From the NCBI RefSeq assembly GCF_009914755.1, contig NC_060941.1: 64,000 bases of DNA, one strand, 5' to 3'. The notes under the pieces are model-generated. The model did not search any database and had not been told where the DNA came from. It saw nothing but the letters and a program-made list of their open reading frames with translations. Positions 1 through 14,300 of the stretch are shown piece after piece. The first letter of the stretch is position 1. Each line of letters begins with the position of its first letter. This DNA is from the human T2T-CHM13v2.0 reference genome, Homo sapiens. Made by a program: the position numbers and the translations under genes.

Positions 1-1628
1 GCACTGTCCCACCTTGCCAATTCCACCCCTGTTTCCAGAACAGAACGTGGGTAGGATGAGGACCAGTGCGAAGGAGAGGGAGGAGGCACGTGTGAGTGAG
101 GGGGCATCTGACTGGGGAGAAGGGCTGTTCTGCAAAGTGGTGGGTATCAACGGCCTTTCATCCTCCTCCCTTGCCCCTGGGGGAGACTTAGATTCTGCAA
201 AATGCTTTTTTCTTTTTTTTTTAAATTAAACTGTTATCACAACTTCCTATGGAGTAGGCAAAGGCATCCACAAAGTGTTATTATCCCGGTTTGCAAGAAA
301 GGTAAGCATCAGACAGGTGATGTGGCTTCCCCAGGTCTAATAGCTGCCAGGCAGTGAAGGAAAGGCCCCAGCACCAGGCAGGGGAAGGTGGGTAACCCAA
401 GGGAAGCCTGGAGTCCATGCAGACGTCCCAGCAGAGGCATGGCCGAGGGAAGAAGCCTCTGCTCCCACTCAGGGGGGCTCATGGGAGCGAAGAAGTGGCA
501 GAGACTGAAGTCTGAAGACCTCCGCTCTGCCTTTCTGGCCCCTGTGTCTTTTTCATGCCTGCTCACCCACCCACAGTGCCCTCCTCCCCCCGGGGGGAGG
601 GGCCGCCCCTTCCTCCCAGGGGCTGTGCCCAATACTAAACAATTTCTGCCCAGGTTCCTGTCTCCACAGGCATCCATTGTCATTATTCTTTTTTTAAAAA
701 AATCGGAATGGATTTTATTAAGAGAAAATCAATACACACAACATAACCTGCAGCAGATAAAGCAGATAAGCTTTCAATGCACAGTCTCGGTGCCTTTTCC
801 CAGGTGTTCCTTCCACTCCCTTAGCCAGAAGCCTTTGTCCGTGGGCATCTGATGAGCCACTTCTGGGAAGCCAGCCTCCCTGCTCCTCTTACCAGCAGCT
901 TTGTTCAGCAGCCCCTTCCCACCTCCCGTCTCGGCTCTGTGCTCCATCCTGGCGGCTAGCCCCAGACCCAGCCAGACCAGCCGCCTGTAGACTCACTCGT
1001 CTTTGGCCTCAGGTCAAGGGCCTCCCCAGCAGGCCAGCCCATTGCCGCCTCCCTCCATCACTACATCAGTGTCACTCCTCCAAGAAGCAGGCACTTTGGG
1101 GTCAATAGCCTCTGGTCTCCATTCATTCCTGTGTGGCCTTGGACCCATTGCATAACCTCTCTGAGCCTCAGGTTCCTCATAGGTAATAATCTAGACAATA
1201 ACACTCTTTTCCCTGCATTTTGGGACCAAGGAAATTACCTGGTATACGCAGCAGGCCTAATCTGTGCTCGGCACATAGTAAGCACATGGTGGTGTTTAAC
1301 TTCCTTCTCGGGGTCCACCTGTGTCCCTGCTCCTTCATTCCATCTTTCTGAGCACTGAATTGCCAGAAGGCTTATCCTCAGAACAGAGCAGCCTACCCCT
1401 GTCTGCTCTCCTTGGTGTACCAAGTGCAGTGGGCATCAAGCTCCCCATGAAAGTCCTTGTGCCGAGTCCCCTTAGGAGGGACAGAGCTGGAATTTGGATG
1501 TAATGAGCACTCAGAGCATGCCAATGAGAGACAGGGACCAGAAAGTTAGAGAAGGTGAGGGGGAGAAGGAATGAATAAAGGGAGAAGAAAGAAAGAAATC
1601 ATGGGGGCAGGAAGGAAAGGAAAAAATC

Positions 1629-1802
<174 letters not shown>

Positions 1803-1856
1803 TTATACAGTGACTGGTACAGAGGAGGGACTCAAGGCCCTTTGTAGTAACAGATG

Positions 1857-1904
1857 ATGGATGGATGGATGGATGGATGGATGGATGGATGGATGGATGG
1901 ATGG
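1857..1904 (+). repeat. (ATGG)12 tetranucleotide STR
   Basis: Read directly. Confidence 0.95.
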
Positions 1905-2289
1905 GTATATGGCTAAATGGAGGGAAAGAAGACAGGGAGGAAAGGAAGGAAGAGGGAAGAGGGAGGGAGGGAGAAAAGGTGGAGGTAGTCTGTGTTCTCC
2001 TGGTCTGGGCTCCTCTTCCTGTCCAGCTCTGCTCTGCCTTGAGGGGAGATGGGGCTTCCAGGTAAGAGCCGCTCTGAGGAGTCCTGCAGCAAGGACACCT
2101 ATTTGATTTTGACTCACTGCTTCCCAAACCTCTACCATCATGTAACTTTTTCTTTTTTTAATTAAGAGCACTTACTTTGCATCCTGAAGATACTAAAGTT
2201 TTGTACAGTGCAGTTTAAAAATGTTGCTGTGGACTAGAGAATAGAATATTCACACTGGAAGATTGAAGGGGTCATTGAGGTCTCTCTTG

Positions 2290-2565
2290 AAAACTCCTAC
2301 TCACCCTTTGAAGCCCACTTCAAATGCCCTTGGCACTGAGTGGTGTTTCCCTACTTTTCCCCCAGGGAGAATTAACTAGTATCTTTATCTGTGCCTCCAT
2401 GACCCTTATACCCCACTTTATTCTGTTTCCTTCACATGGAGTTGGCTGGTTGTGCCCATCCCTGCCAGACAGAAAACTCTTTGAGGGCAGGAATTATGTG
2501 CTGCTCAACTGTTTCCCTAGCATCTGGCATGTAATAGGTCCTCAAAACACATTTATCAGCTGAAT
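2290..2565 (+). mobile_element. L2 3' end fragment
   Basis: ctctttgagggcagga...ctggcatgtaataggtcctcaa...tgaat resembles the L2 tail; boundaries approximate. Confidence 0.6.
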
Positions 2566-2960
2566 TAGTCCAAGATCTTTATTTTATAAAGAAGTAAACT
2601 AAGACCTAGGCAGCCACCAGGCCTGGCCCCAGGGTTCACCAGCGAAGCTTGGCAGTGGTGTGTGCCAGCCTAGGTTCCAGCTCCCTGACCCTGAGCTGGT
2701 TGCCACAATTGCTGGGTTTTCTCTCAGCATTTCTGTTAACAGTCAAGTAAAGAAAGGACTCAGGTAGGGATAAACTGTAGCTAATACCTCACCTTGGTTA
2801 AGCAGATGTCAGGGTGGCCATTTCTGTTCCTACATTAACACCACATTTATGTTACTGGCAGCTGCAGGTTTGCTTTAAGGGCTAATAGGCCCTAACTAGG
2901 GTCCTGCCCTGAGCCTAGTTGCATAGAGGATTGTGCTTTCTCTTATTCTTCTGTGTCTCT

Positions 2961-3099
2961 GACTGCTAGTGCCCTAGTGAGGACAGTAGCCCTCAGTTCA
3001 ATAAGCGGACTGCTAGTGCCCTAGTGAGGGCAGTAGCCCTCAGTTAAATAAGCTGACTGCTAGTTCCCTAGTGAGGACAGTAGCCCTCAGTTAAATAAG
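2961..3099 (+). repeat. 47-bp minisatellite, ~3 copies
   Basis: Units start at 2961, 3008, 3055 (gactgctagtgccctagtgaggacagtagccctcagttaaataagc.), only a few mismatches between copies. Confidence 0.95.
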
Positions 3100-3859
3100 G
3101 TAGGTGGAGGGATAGCATCTTGAAGATGAGAGGAGGCCACAGAGAACCTAGTCAGCAAGGAGGCCAGGGCTGACCCCTAAAGGACCCACTTCTCCCAAGT
3201 CTTCCTCATGGGCCTTGGGGAGGGGGAGCCTGGAGCTCTGAACCAACCTGGTGGGGACAGGGTGGGGAAAGCAGATGTAGGGAGCTGGAAGAGGGTCCTG
3301 GGGCCCCGAGGGCCAACACCACCCCTAGACCTGCTTCTGCCCACCTGCAGAGCCTTCGCCCCAGCCTGGGTTGGTTCCTAGCATCTATGTCTGTGCCCCC
3401 AGTGAGTGTGGCCTTGTCTCTACATGGAGTTCACATGCAGGGTGTGGCTTCTGGGGGACAAGGGCGGAATCTTATGTTCGATCGGTTAAACAATTCTGGA
3501 GGGGGCGTGTTTTGTGTGATGCCTGGAGGGTGGGTGGTGACGGGCACAAAGGTTGTGCCACAGGTAGTTTCCTTTTAGGGCGTTTAGGGTCTTGTGACCC
3601 TAGATGTGCCTCTCTACCTTCCCCAGGGCTTAGCAGCTAGGAGGGACCCTGCAGGGGCAGAGTGATCGGTGCCAGCCTGGGGCGGGGCTGTGGGGTGGGC
3701 AGCCCCCTTCACAGGCTGTCCATGCACTGGGGTGAGATGGGGCCCAGGGAGGGGTGTGGGGGGAAGGATGATCAGATTTTCCCAATGTGAAGGTGTGGGG
3801 CAACAGGGATCCCTATGTTTCTAGAGGAGGGGATGGCAGATGTCACCAGTGCCCTACCC

Positions 3860-4069
3860 TCGTGCCCTCCACTGGGATGACTCTGAGCTGGGGGTCCCAC
3901 ATGCCTCCCTGAGCTCCTCAATGGGATTAAGGTCCAGTCATCAGGCTTTCCTCCCTCCCCTGCCCGCCTTCCCCACCTCCCTACTGGGACCTCCTGGGAT
4001 TACCTCCCAAATAAACAACCTGCCCTTGAATCTTTTTCACAGGTCCTGCTTCTGGGGAAACTCAAGACA
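3860..4069 (+). mobile_element. ERVL LTR 3' part (LTR16-like)
   Basis: cctcccaaataaac...ctgcttctggggaaactcaagaca resembles the LTR16 terminus. Confidence 0.55.
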
Positions 4070-4670
4070 GTATAAATTGGTGCAATCTATTTGGAGAAAG
4101 ATTCAGCAATAAGTATCAAAATTATAAATGTACGTGTTCACGGGCCAGCAGCTCCACTTCTGGGAATTTATGCCATAAATATAACCTTTCATATGCCATA
4201 TGATCTATGAATGAGGTTATTTATGGCAGCACTACTTTTAAGAGCCAAAGATTGAAAACACCTAAATGCCCATCGCTGGGGATGAGTTCGGCAGATCAGG
4301 GTTCATTCAACTGGCAGAATATTATGCAATCATTAAAAAGGAATGGAGGGGGCTACTCTTTATGGACTGATTTGGAACAATCTCCAAGATAAATTGCTAA
4401 GTGGGAAAAAAAGCAAGGTATAGAAGAGCACGTTTGTATAAAACAAAAAGAATATATAGCCGTAATTGCTTACTTATTGGATCGACGATCTCTGCAAATC
4501 TACCAAGAAACTGATAACCTTGGAGCCTGTGGAGAGAGGAATTAGGTGGCTGGGAGTGGGGAAGGGAGGGAGATTTTCAGGATATTTCCTATGCACCTTT
4601 TGATTTTTGCATCATGTGCAAGTTTGCATTATCTATTTAAAATGTAGTCTATGCAACTAAAAAAAATTAT
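4070..4670 (+). mobile_element. Old L1 (L1M-type) 3' fragment
   Basis: cagcagctccacttctgggaattta, aaaacacctaaatgcccatc and aatctccaagat are typical L1M 3' motifs. Confidence 0.7.
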
Positions 4671-5214
4671 GAAGAATAATCATATACCTGGGTGCCTGCT
4701 ATAATGATCAGTCCAATTTTAGCTTGTCTCGGGAAAGTTGAACCCATGGCTGGCAGCTTTCAACCTTCTCTTTCTCATTTACCACTCCCATAAGGTGGTT
4801 CTGCATCATTACTCCAGGGTTTCTAAATAATTAAAGTAGGCCTGAGTCCAGCCTTCCCCCAAGATGCTGAGAGTCCAAGCCGTCCTTCCCCTATCCCCTA
4901 CCTGAGACATCAGAAGCTTCTTAAATAGTCCTGACTATTTAAGGGAAGAAGGACAGTTGCAGCCCTTCCTTTCTCGAGTGATTTGAAATGCAGACCACGG
5001 TTTTTGGAGAGGAGGAGATGAGGCAGGAGGCTGGAAGAAATGACCTTTTCACATCAGCTCTTCCTGGGTGGGTACCTATATTCCAGGGGCCTGGCGCAGT
5101 ACCTGGCGCGTTTGTTGGCTGGCTGGCTGAATGTCTTTTTGTCCCAGAATTCCAGGCATGCAGGAACAAGGGGAAAGATGACCCCTCCTTCCAGTTCCTG
5201 GGGTCCTAGTCAAT

Positions 5215-5420
5215 AATGGTTGGTGAGCAGAGCTCTGAAGTTGGACACTTTCGGGTAAAAATCCCAGCTGTAGCCTCCTTACTGCTATGAGACCTTAGGT
5301 GAATATCTACCCGAGCCTCAGTTTCCTCATCTACGCAATGGAGACAGAGGCCCCCTTTGCAAAGGATTAAATAAGGTTGCATCGGGGTGCTGCACAGTGT
5401 GCCCAGCACATAGTAGGCTT
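5215..5420 (+). mobile_element. MIR
   Basis: Core gagcctcagtttcctcatct and tail cccagcacatagtagg. Confidence 0.7.
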
Positions 5421-7161
5421 TGCTAGGTGTCTGCATATCTCTCCCCCTCCCTTGGCAGAAGGATGACCACTGCCACTGCTGAGACCAGACACTGTCCCCT
5501 CCTTGCCACCCTTGACTTGAGGGTGGAAGGAGGACCACCCTCAAGTCAAGGAGGTCCTCCTTCCATCTAACTGAAAACTCTCCGCTGTTACCCAGGCCGG
5601 TGCCCTCCTATGCTACTGTCATGCACAAGAGAAAAAGCTCTCAGCTTGTTCCCACTGAGCCTCTTCCAGATCTGAAGCCCCAAGGAAAGTCAAGGTTGAG
5701 TCCTGTGGGCCCAACAATGGGCAGCCCCAGGCCCTCTCTCTTTGCTTCCAATCCAGTCTCATCACTTTTCTCCTCTCTGCCCCCTCCTGGGCAGAGCGAC
5801 TCTTGGTGCAAGGTCAGCTGTGAGCTGTCCAGGGTCCCTGGGCACACTCCTGCTCCTTCTCTGCCCCATTTCCTTCCCCTGCACCCAGGGAGTTGGGAAA
5901 TAGCTCAGATTCCGATGACAAGGAGACTGGGCCCTAGGCAGAGCAGTGGCTGACAAGTTGCATGTTACAATAAATCCCCACAATTAGACCCTGCAAACAA
6001 CACCGCTGCTGTCGCATCCCTAATATACAGCAGGGAGTCGGCTCAGTGTTCCTGGCAACCAATTCTTGAACTAAAAATAGTTGGCTGTGGCTTCACCTTT
6101 CCCTCCTCAGCATCCAGTCTCCATAGGTGCCAGGGAGGGAATGACCCTGGTGTCCAGGTCCTGCCCTGGTGCTGGAGGGCAGAGCATCAAGGGTTAACCC
6201 AGCCTTCACTAATGTGACTGTCAAGGAATTGCCCGCAGGGTAGGGAGTGGGGGTCTTCTGTGGGGGACGGGAGCCGGCCTGAGCTGTTTTAAAGCAAGTA
6301 AGGCTTTTTGAGTAGGCAGCCACCTCCTGAGGCCTCCCAATACCACCTCTTCAGCACCCTCTCGCATCCCCACCCGTCCAGCAGCAGCACAAAGGGGCCC
6401 GAAGGTGCAGCATTAGGGAATCTAATGGCCTGAGGAATAAGTTCTCGCCCACTGTGACTCCTTGGGCCAGTCACATCTCTGGATTTCGGCTGCCTCATCT
6501 GCAAACGAAGGATTCAATAAGTTGATCTGTTTCTGTCTAGATCCTCAGGCATGGTGAGCCTCACAATGGCAAGTACTCTGTCCCAAGTATGCTCACATGC
6601 GTCAAAGTCTCTGAAATGCTGACACGTGGGTGTGCAACCCCCCTCGCAGAGCAGTGGTCAGCACGTACAGAGAAGCAGCCCAGCCCTATGTCAGACCCTC
6701 TGCCTTAGAACCACTTGCCAATAATAAATCACCCACCACCCCTATGAAACAGGTGGTTCATGAAGTCTTGTCAATCAGTCATACCTTAGTCTAGAAGTCC
6801 TTTCCTGGGAGACAGGGGGAAGCATGGAGTCTGGGGTTCCTCCTGGGGCTGTTGGGATATCAAAAGCCTTACCTGGCTTCCCACCATCCCTGTGGAAATC
6901 CCCCAAGTGGAAGCCATGGGCCGCCACAAGACGTGGCCCCAGCCCAGCTTTCCAATCTCAGAACGTCATCCCCTGTCCTGGGGTCCTAGGACTCCTCGCT
7001 GTTCCCCAAACAGACGGAGCACAGTCCCACCTCCCGGCCTTTGCTCACAATGGTGCCTCCACCTGGAATGCTGTTGCCCCTTCTCCCCTCTGTCTCTCTC
7101 CCCTCTGTCCCCTACATTTCTATGTTGGTAGAAATCCTGCTCATCTTTTAAAGTACAAATG

Positions 7162-7522
<361 letters not shown>

Positions 7523-7827
7523 CTAGAATGAGCCCCTCAGTGTCCCTCTTCTAACAGCATTTGAAACGATGTAGTTTTGGAACCAGAAGAATCTTAGGGA
7601 CCATGTACAACAGCGTTTCCCAAGATATTTTGACTGTGACTCATCGTAAGAAATCCACTCTGTTGTGACCCAGCACACACACACACACACACAGAGACAC
7701 ACAAGTGCATAAAACACATGTGCATATACATATAGTCCACACTCAACCATAGACACAAATAGACACACGTACACATACATGCAGGTACCTGTGGAAACAT
7801 GTACAAGAGATGTGCAGCCAAAAGAAG

Positions 7828-8152
7828 TTTTTTTGTTTCTTTTTGTTTGTTTGTTTGTTTGTTTGTTTTTGAGACAGGGCCTCACTCTGTCACCCAGGCT
7901 GGAGTGCAGTGGCACAATCTCAACTCACTGCAGCCTCAATCTCCTGAGCTCAAGCGATCCTCCTGCTTGAGCTCTCAAGTAGCTCGGACTACAGGCATGC
8001 ACCATCATGACTGGCTAATTTTTATATTTTTGCAGAGATGGGATTTCACAACATTACCCAGGCTGGTCTTGAACTCCTGAGCTCAAGCGATCTGCCCACC
8101 TCGACCTTCCAAACTGCTCTGGGGTTGCAGGTGTGAGCCACCGTGTCAGCCC
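7828..8152 (-). mobile_element. AluJ-like with (TTTG)n tail
   Basis: Dimeric Alu, gcagcctcaatctcctgagctcaagcgatcc. Confidence 0.9.
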
Positions 8153-10077
8153 AATAAGTTTCTTTGTGTAATACTTACCTCTATTGTGTGCCGTGTTCTG
8201 ATGCAGTTGCTTAAAGTTTTTTTCTTTCTTCGAATGTTGGTTCTGACACTAAATTTATCTCCCCATCCTGTAATGGGTTGCAAACTGCAGTTTGGAAAAT
8301 ACTGAACAAGTTCGACCCCTTATTTGCAGATAGAAGTACCAAGGTCCAGAGGGAGGAAGGGACTGGATCAAGGTCATGCAGCCAGTTGGTGGCCAGACTC
8401 GGACCACAGTCCAGTGTCCTTGATTCACAGCAGCGACCTTTCCTCTGTCACAGAGCCGCTGATGCTATAGCTATTCCTGCAAGGTTGCAGCTCCACAAGT
8501 GAAAGGACCTTGTCCCCAGCACCCCCCACCCTGCCCCAAGGGCCTTGTCTATAGTAGGTGCCCAATAAACGGCTCCATTGGACTGACTGCACAATGATGC
8601 AAAAGTGGTTTGGAAGTCAATGAGGTCTCTGCTGGAGTGAGGGGTTAATACATTCAGCTGCTGCGGCCTGGAGACAAGGTCAGCTTTAGCTCATTAGTGG
8701 GGCTGGGCTTTCCCAGGGCTTAGGGATTCTGCAATTCACAGTGGAGCAGAAATCCTGCGGCTGAGCTGAGGGGGAGGGGCAGAGACAGGGAGGAAGGGAG
8801 GCTGGAAGAGAGGTGGAGATCGATCAGCAGGGAGGGGACGTTTTGGGGAAGGAAGGTGGTCAGGGTGGCTGTGATGGTGACAGCGGGTGGCAGGATATGA
8901 CGGGATATGAGGGGGTCTGCAGCTCATTGAAAATCTGAACAAGCTCCAAAGAGGATGGAACTCAGTCTCCCCCCAGCTCCTCCTGTCTTCCTCTGAGAAG
9001 TGGCAGGGGAGGTTGGCGAGGCAATGTGCTGATGAGCACAGAGAAATGAGGGGCGGCGGAGATGCAGAAATGAGTAATTTCCACACAGCTCTGCTTAATA
9101 TCAGAGTCTGCGCTGCTCAGAGATGGCCAAGGAGCCACTTGAGGCCTCTACAGCCCCCTCCTTCCTGCGACACTCCCCCCTTCCACCCATCAGAGCTCAG
9201 GACACTCATCTGTTAATGAGACGGGCAGCTGGTTCCCCACACCCATCCTCGGATGGAGCTGGCAGGCACGGACTCCTCAGGGGCTGGGGGTGCTAAGCCA
9301 TCCCCTGTGGCCGCCCCTCTGCTTCCCAATGAGGGGTGTGATTGGCACAGATCACAGAGAAAGGAGACAAGCAGGGTAGCCTGGCAGGAGCAGAGTCCTG
9401 GCCATTGGTTTACTCATTCATTTGGTGAGTATCCATTAAGCTCCTGCTGTGTGCCGGGCCCAGTGTGAGGTGTGCAGGAGTGTAGCTGTGAACAAGACTG
9501 TTGAGAATGTAGCAGAGAAAACGGGCTTTAGACCTTGCTTTGAGCAAGGGAGAGGCCCACAGGAGGCACTGGTGAAGGCTTCCTAGAGGGGGTGAGGTTT
9601 AAGGCAAAATTTCCAAAGAAGTTGAGGAGTCTGGAGTCCAGGTGAGGAGTTGAGATGGGACGGGTGGCTGAGGAGGCCTCTCATATATGTGGTTTGGTGG
9701 GGCCTCCTCAGCCCCGTGTCTGGGCCTCAGCTTTGCAGCATGGGGAGCTCTGTTGTTTCAGTCGCCTTTAATGGGAATTCGACTCACAATAAACACACCT
9801 TCCAAAGACTGAGTCGTACATCAAAATGTCAATTCATTTTTTTTTAATGGAAATATATTTGACAAGCTAAACCTTATCAGCAGCCTGCTTCAGGATCAGA
9901 AATCCAGAGTGTGAGCCTCCATGCCACATCACACCAACCAGGAAACTCTGGGCAAACCTTTCATCTTCTATGAGCTTCAGTTTCCTCATCTGAAAATAGG
10001 GTTAATCATAGGACTTACCTAGGGGCATGAGGAGGATAAAGTGAGCTATTATGTGTCAAAGTGCTTCATCTCTATAG

Positions 10078-10425
<348 letters not shown>

Positions 10426-10877
10426 TACATTTATTTTCTTGGTAGATGATGAATGTGCATGGTACAAATTCCAAAGGTACCAAAGGACATAAGTTGACCA
10501 GTGAGTCTCCTCCCTGGTCCTCACCCTGCCTCAATCATTAGCTACCCAGTTCCCCTCTTTGGAAGCAACCCAAATTATCAGTCTTTGTGTATAACTTTTT
10601 TTCTAAAAAGACTCTTTCATATTACAATAATAACGTGTGGTATAAAAAAAATCCAAAGGGAATAAAATGAACACCTTTTATTCCTTCCAGGCTCCCACCC
10701 CAGAGGTAACTGTGGGGCAGTCTCTCGTTTAAAGGATAACTATTATTGCTAGTCCTGGATGTACCTCTCAGGGGCAGCCTACTCAGGAGACCAGGTTATA
10801 AATGAGAACATGCTGGATTTGCCAGGAAATGGGAAGAAATGATGTCAGGTTCCCAGGGGATATTTTTATCAACTTAG

Positions 10878-11415
10878 TGAGAGGTGAAGCCAGCTGGACT
10901 TCCCAATTCTAGTGAGGACTTGGAGAACTTTTCTGTCTTATAAGAGGTTTGTAAAATGCACCAATCAGTGCTCTGTAAAAATGCACCAATCGGTGCTCTG
11001 TAGCTAGCTAGAGGTTTGTAAAATGCACCAATCCGTGCTCTGTAAAAATGCACCAATCAGTGCTATGTAGCTAGCTAGAGGTTTGTAAAATGGACCAATC
11101 AGCATTCTGTAAAATGGACCAATCAGCAGGACATGGGTGGGGACAAATAAGGGAATAAAAGCTGGTCACCTCCCCCCTGCCCCCCATCCCCCCCACCCAA
11201 CCAGCCAGTAGTGGCAACCAGCTCAGGTCTCCTTCCACGCTGTGGAAGCTTCCTTCTTTCACTCTTCCGCTCTTCATGATAAATCTTGCTGCTGCTCACT
11301 ATTTTTGGGTCTGTGCCACCGTTAAGAGCTGTAACACTCACCGCGAAGGTCCACAGCTTCATTCTTGAAGTCAGCGGCACCACAAACCCACTGGAAGGAA
11401 AAAACTCTGGACACA
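10878..11415 (+). mobile_element. Solo LTR of the ERV9/LTR12 family (LTR12F-like)
   Basis: TG...CA termini, 4-bp TSD TTAG (10874-10877, 11416-11419), tandem tgtaaaatgcaccaatcag repeats, AATAAAA TATA-like box at 11154. Confidence 0.92.
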
Positions 11416-12479
11416 TTAGGGCCAAGGAATGAATGGCCCCTGGTCACTCTAGAAAGATTTACCATCCACCAGTCCTTCTGGTGGGGCCCTCTACAGGGTG
11501 CTGTGGAGAACACAAAGATGAATGAGAGAAGCATGCGTCTTTCATCTTTTATTAGTAGGACAAAGGACTTAGGTCCGTGGATTCATCCAAGTCTGAAAGG
11601 GACAGGAGAGGTCCCCTAATTACCTCTCAGCACCACTGCTATTTCACAGACCAGGAAACCGAGATCCAGAAGACATGATGTGCCCAAGGCCACACAGCAA
11701 GGGGATGGCTGGGTCAGGTCTGGCAGGCAGATTTGGGGATACAACCCTAAAAAAGGCGGGAGCTGATGCATGAGAGTGGGGGGCCTGGAGTGTGTGACAA
11801 TCCAGAAGAGAAGGAAGGAAGGGTACTCCAGGCAGAGCTTGAGGAAAAGCCCCAGAGCAGGGGGCTTGGGAGTGCACAGGATTCACTCTGACTCCCAGCA
11901 GGAGGACCCGGAGCAAGGCTGGGAAGGAGGGGTGGACAGAGGTTCTGTTCCAGCCAGGGAGAGTCACCGTAGGAATACAGCAGCCAGAGGCTCAGGGCCC
12001 CCAGTGCTGTTAAACTCCAGAGAACATGTTCCTTCTGCAGCCTGCATGGACGCACCTCTGGAGTCTGCACCACACCACTCCCCCTCTGTATAGTTGGCAC
12101 AGCTGGAGAGGCATGGCCAGAGCTTCACCTTCACTGCTTTTCTTCCTTGAGCCTCTCTGCCTCCTGCCTCTTTCACCCCATAACAGCATCCTTCCCGTGA
12201 GGGGAGACTCCCAGGTCTCCTCTGTGACACCCCTATCAGTAAGTCCTCCACCTGCATTTCCTCCACGGGGATCTCTGCTAATTTATTTGGGGTGACTCCC
12301 ATCCTACCTTCACCCCCTTGCCTTGGGACTGTCCCATCAGGCCCCCTGGGGTGGCCTCCCCATCCCTCCAGTTTGCTGGAATCACAGGCAAGGAAAGCCT
12401 CATCATGCACTAGCATTTGCAAACTCAGCTCCCAAGCAGCCTGCAGTCGCCAAGGTCTTAGCGGGAAGCGATGGCCCAA

Positions 12480-12911
12480 GCCCACTAGTATCTGGATAAT
12501 TTGAGAAGGTCTTGTTACGGGGACTATTTACAAATATGTGCACAAGGTGGGGAGACCTCAAGGGGACATGCAACATCTTGAGGCCAGTGGGAACTCAGCT
12601 GTGACCATTGTTAGGTCCAAAAGAAAAAGGGGAGGGAGGGGTTACCACACCCGGTAGAAGAGCCATGGAGAGAGGCTGCCACGGGAGCCGCAAGGACCTC
12701 AGTCAAGGGACACAGCCAGCCCATGGCCAACCCACAGGGAGAGAGTTGGAGGGATAAGTACCCAACCTCACCCTCCTTGCTCCAGCCTGGGCTTCCTATT
12801 GGCTGAGCCCAGCCAGAGTGGGAAGGTGACGGAGACCTTAGACAGCCCTGAGCACAGAGCAGACGGGGAGGGTGAAGGGTGGATGTGGAGGGGAATGGGA
12901 GATCCCCAGCA
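12480..12911 (-). mobile_element. ERVL LTR (LTR33-like)
   Basis: Reverse complement of the right end tgctggggatctcccattcccctccacatccaccc resembles the LTR33 5' end; left boundary approximate. Confidence 0.55.
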
Positions 12912-13889
12912 TAGCCACCTACTTCCTTCACCATGGACTGACGCCCATCCTCCCTCCTGTCCTCACGAGTTCTACCAGGCTGTATGCAGCTGATGAATCC
13001 TCGTCTCCCAGGTAACACCTCCTTTCCCTCCCCTCCTCGCCACATGACTTAGGAGCCCTCTGTGCTCCTCCTGCAGCTGGTCTGCAGGTGGGAACCATAA
13101 CCTAAGCCATTATCACCCCCTTGCCCCAACCCCAGGGGAACAGAACCATCTAGCCAGGCTCAGACCAGTCCTCTCATGAAGGAGGGACTCGGGAAGGGGT
13201 GGGCATGAGGCCTTCCTCTTCTGGAATGAGCTGCTGCTGTGTAGCCAGTGGGCTGATCCCTGGTCAGCACTTCCCTGGCTCAGGCATGCCTGGAAGGTGC
13301 TGGCCCCCATCCAGCTGAGCCACTGGGGCCTGGCCAGATGGCAGGCAGCAATGCCAAAGCTGGCTCTGAGCCACAGGCCTGGCTGTGAAAATTGAGCAAC
13401 GGGTGGCCCAAGGGAGGCAGATGCCCTCAGCCACCTAGGGCAGAGCCCCAGGTGGCCCAGCCCCATCCTGCTGTGGCTCACCAGACTTAGACTTCAGGTC
13501 CACTGAGTCTGGCAGGGGCCCTGGGGCAGCAGCCATGCCCTGGGAAGGCAATGTGGTACAGAGCCAGGGAGGCTGAGAGCTGGGAGCCCGGGCTCGGCTC
13601 TGCGCTGCCCCCACACACATGGTCTTTGGAAAATTGCTTCCTCTTCTGAGCAGAACCTTTCTCCCAAATTGAGATCTCCTATAGAACCCCACTATATAAA
13701 ACTGGTTGAAACAGAAGTGCACCCCACAGCCCCCTCCCTGGGCTCCCCTTCACCACCCCCTCCCTGCACCCAACCTTCAGCACCAGTCCTAAGGCATCTT
13801 TTTGGAATCTTGGGTTCCACAGAAAACGGTTTGGACACCATGGTCTGCGTGCTCCCTGAGTGGTCCCAGGCAGCTCCCACAGGCTGTAA

Positions 13890-14300
13890 GATTTTTAAAT
13901 GCATATAAAAATAGGCAAAATGTTATAAACTCCCCATGTACCCATCACTTGGATTCCACAATTAACAACTCACAGCCAATCTTATTTCATCAATATCCTC
14001 ACCTGCTTCCTCCTTTCCCATAGTATTCAGCAAATTCTGGACATCATGTCATTTCATCTATAAATATTTCAGTCTGTATCTCTAAAAGATAATGACTCAT
14101 TTTAAATATATAACCACAATGTCATCATTACACCTTTAAAAATTAACAACCATTCCTGAAATCATCAAATATCTAAGCAGGGTTCATATTTCCAATTGTC
14201 TGTTTATAGGTTTTTGGTTGTTTTTTAAAATCTGTTAAAAGAGTCAGAGTCCAAATGTCCACATAACATATTGCGGCTGGTTGATATGTCTCTTTGGTCT
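13890..14300 (-). mobile_element. Old L1 (L1MC-type) 3' fragment
   Basis: AT-rich; gacatcatgtcatttcatctataaatatttcagt...tatctctaaaagataa is a typical L1MC motif. Confidence 0.7.

Noticed and set aside
2961-3099. CRISPR-like array (hairpin-containing repeats)
   Set aside because: Units are head-to-tail with no unique spacers, there are no cas genes, and the DNA is human.
10945-11130. Regular short repeats as a novel array
   Set aside because: They are the normal U3 CCAAT repeats of LTR12/ERV9.
12022-12031. p53 half-site / GRE-like gaacatgttc
   Set aside because: Single half-site only, and it lacks the 3-bp spacer of a GRE.
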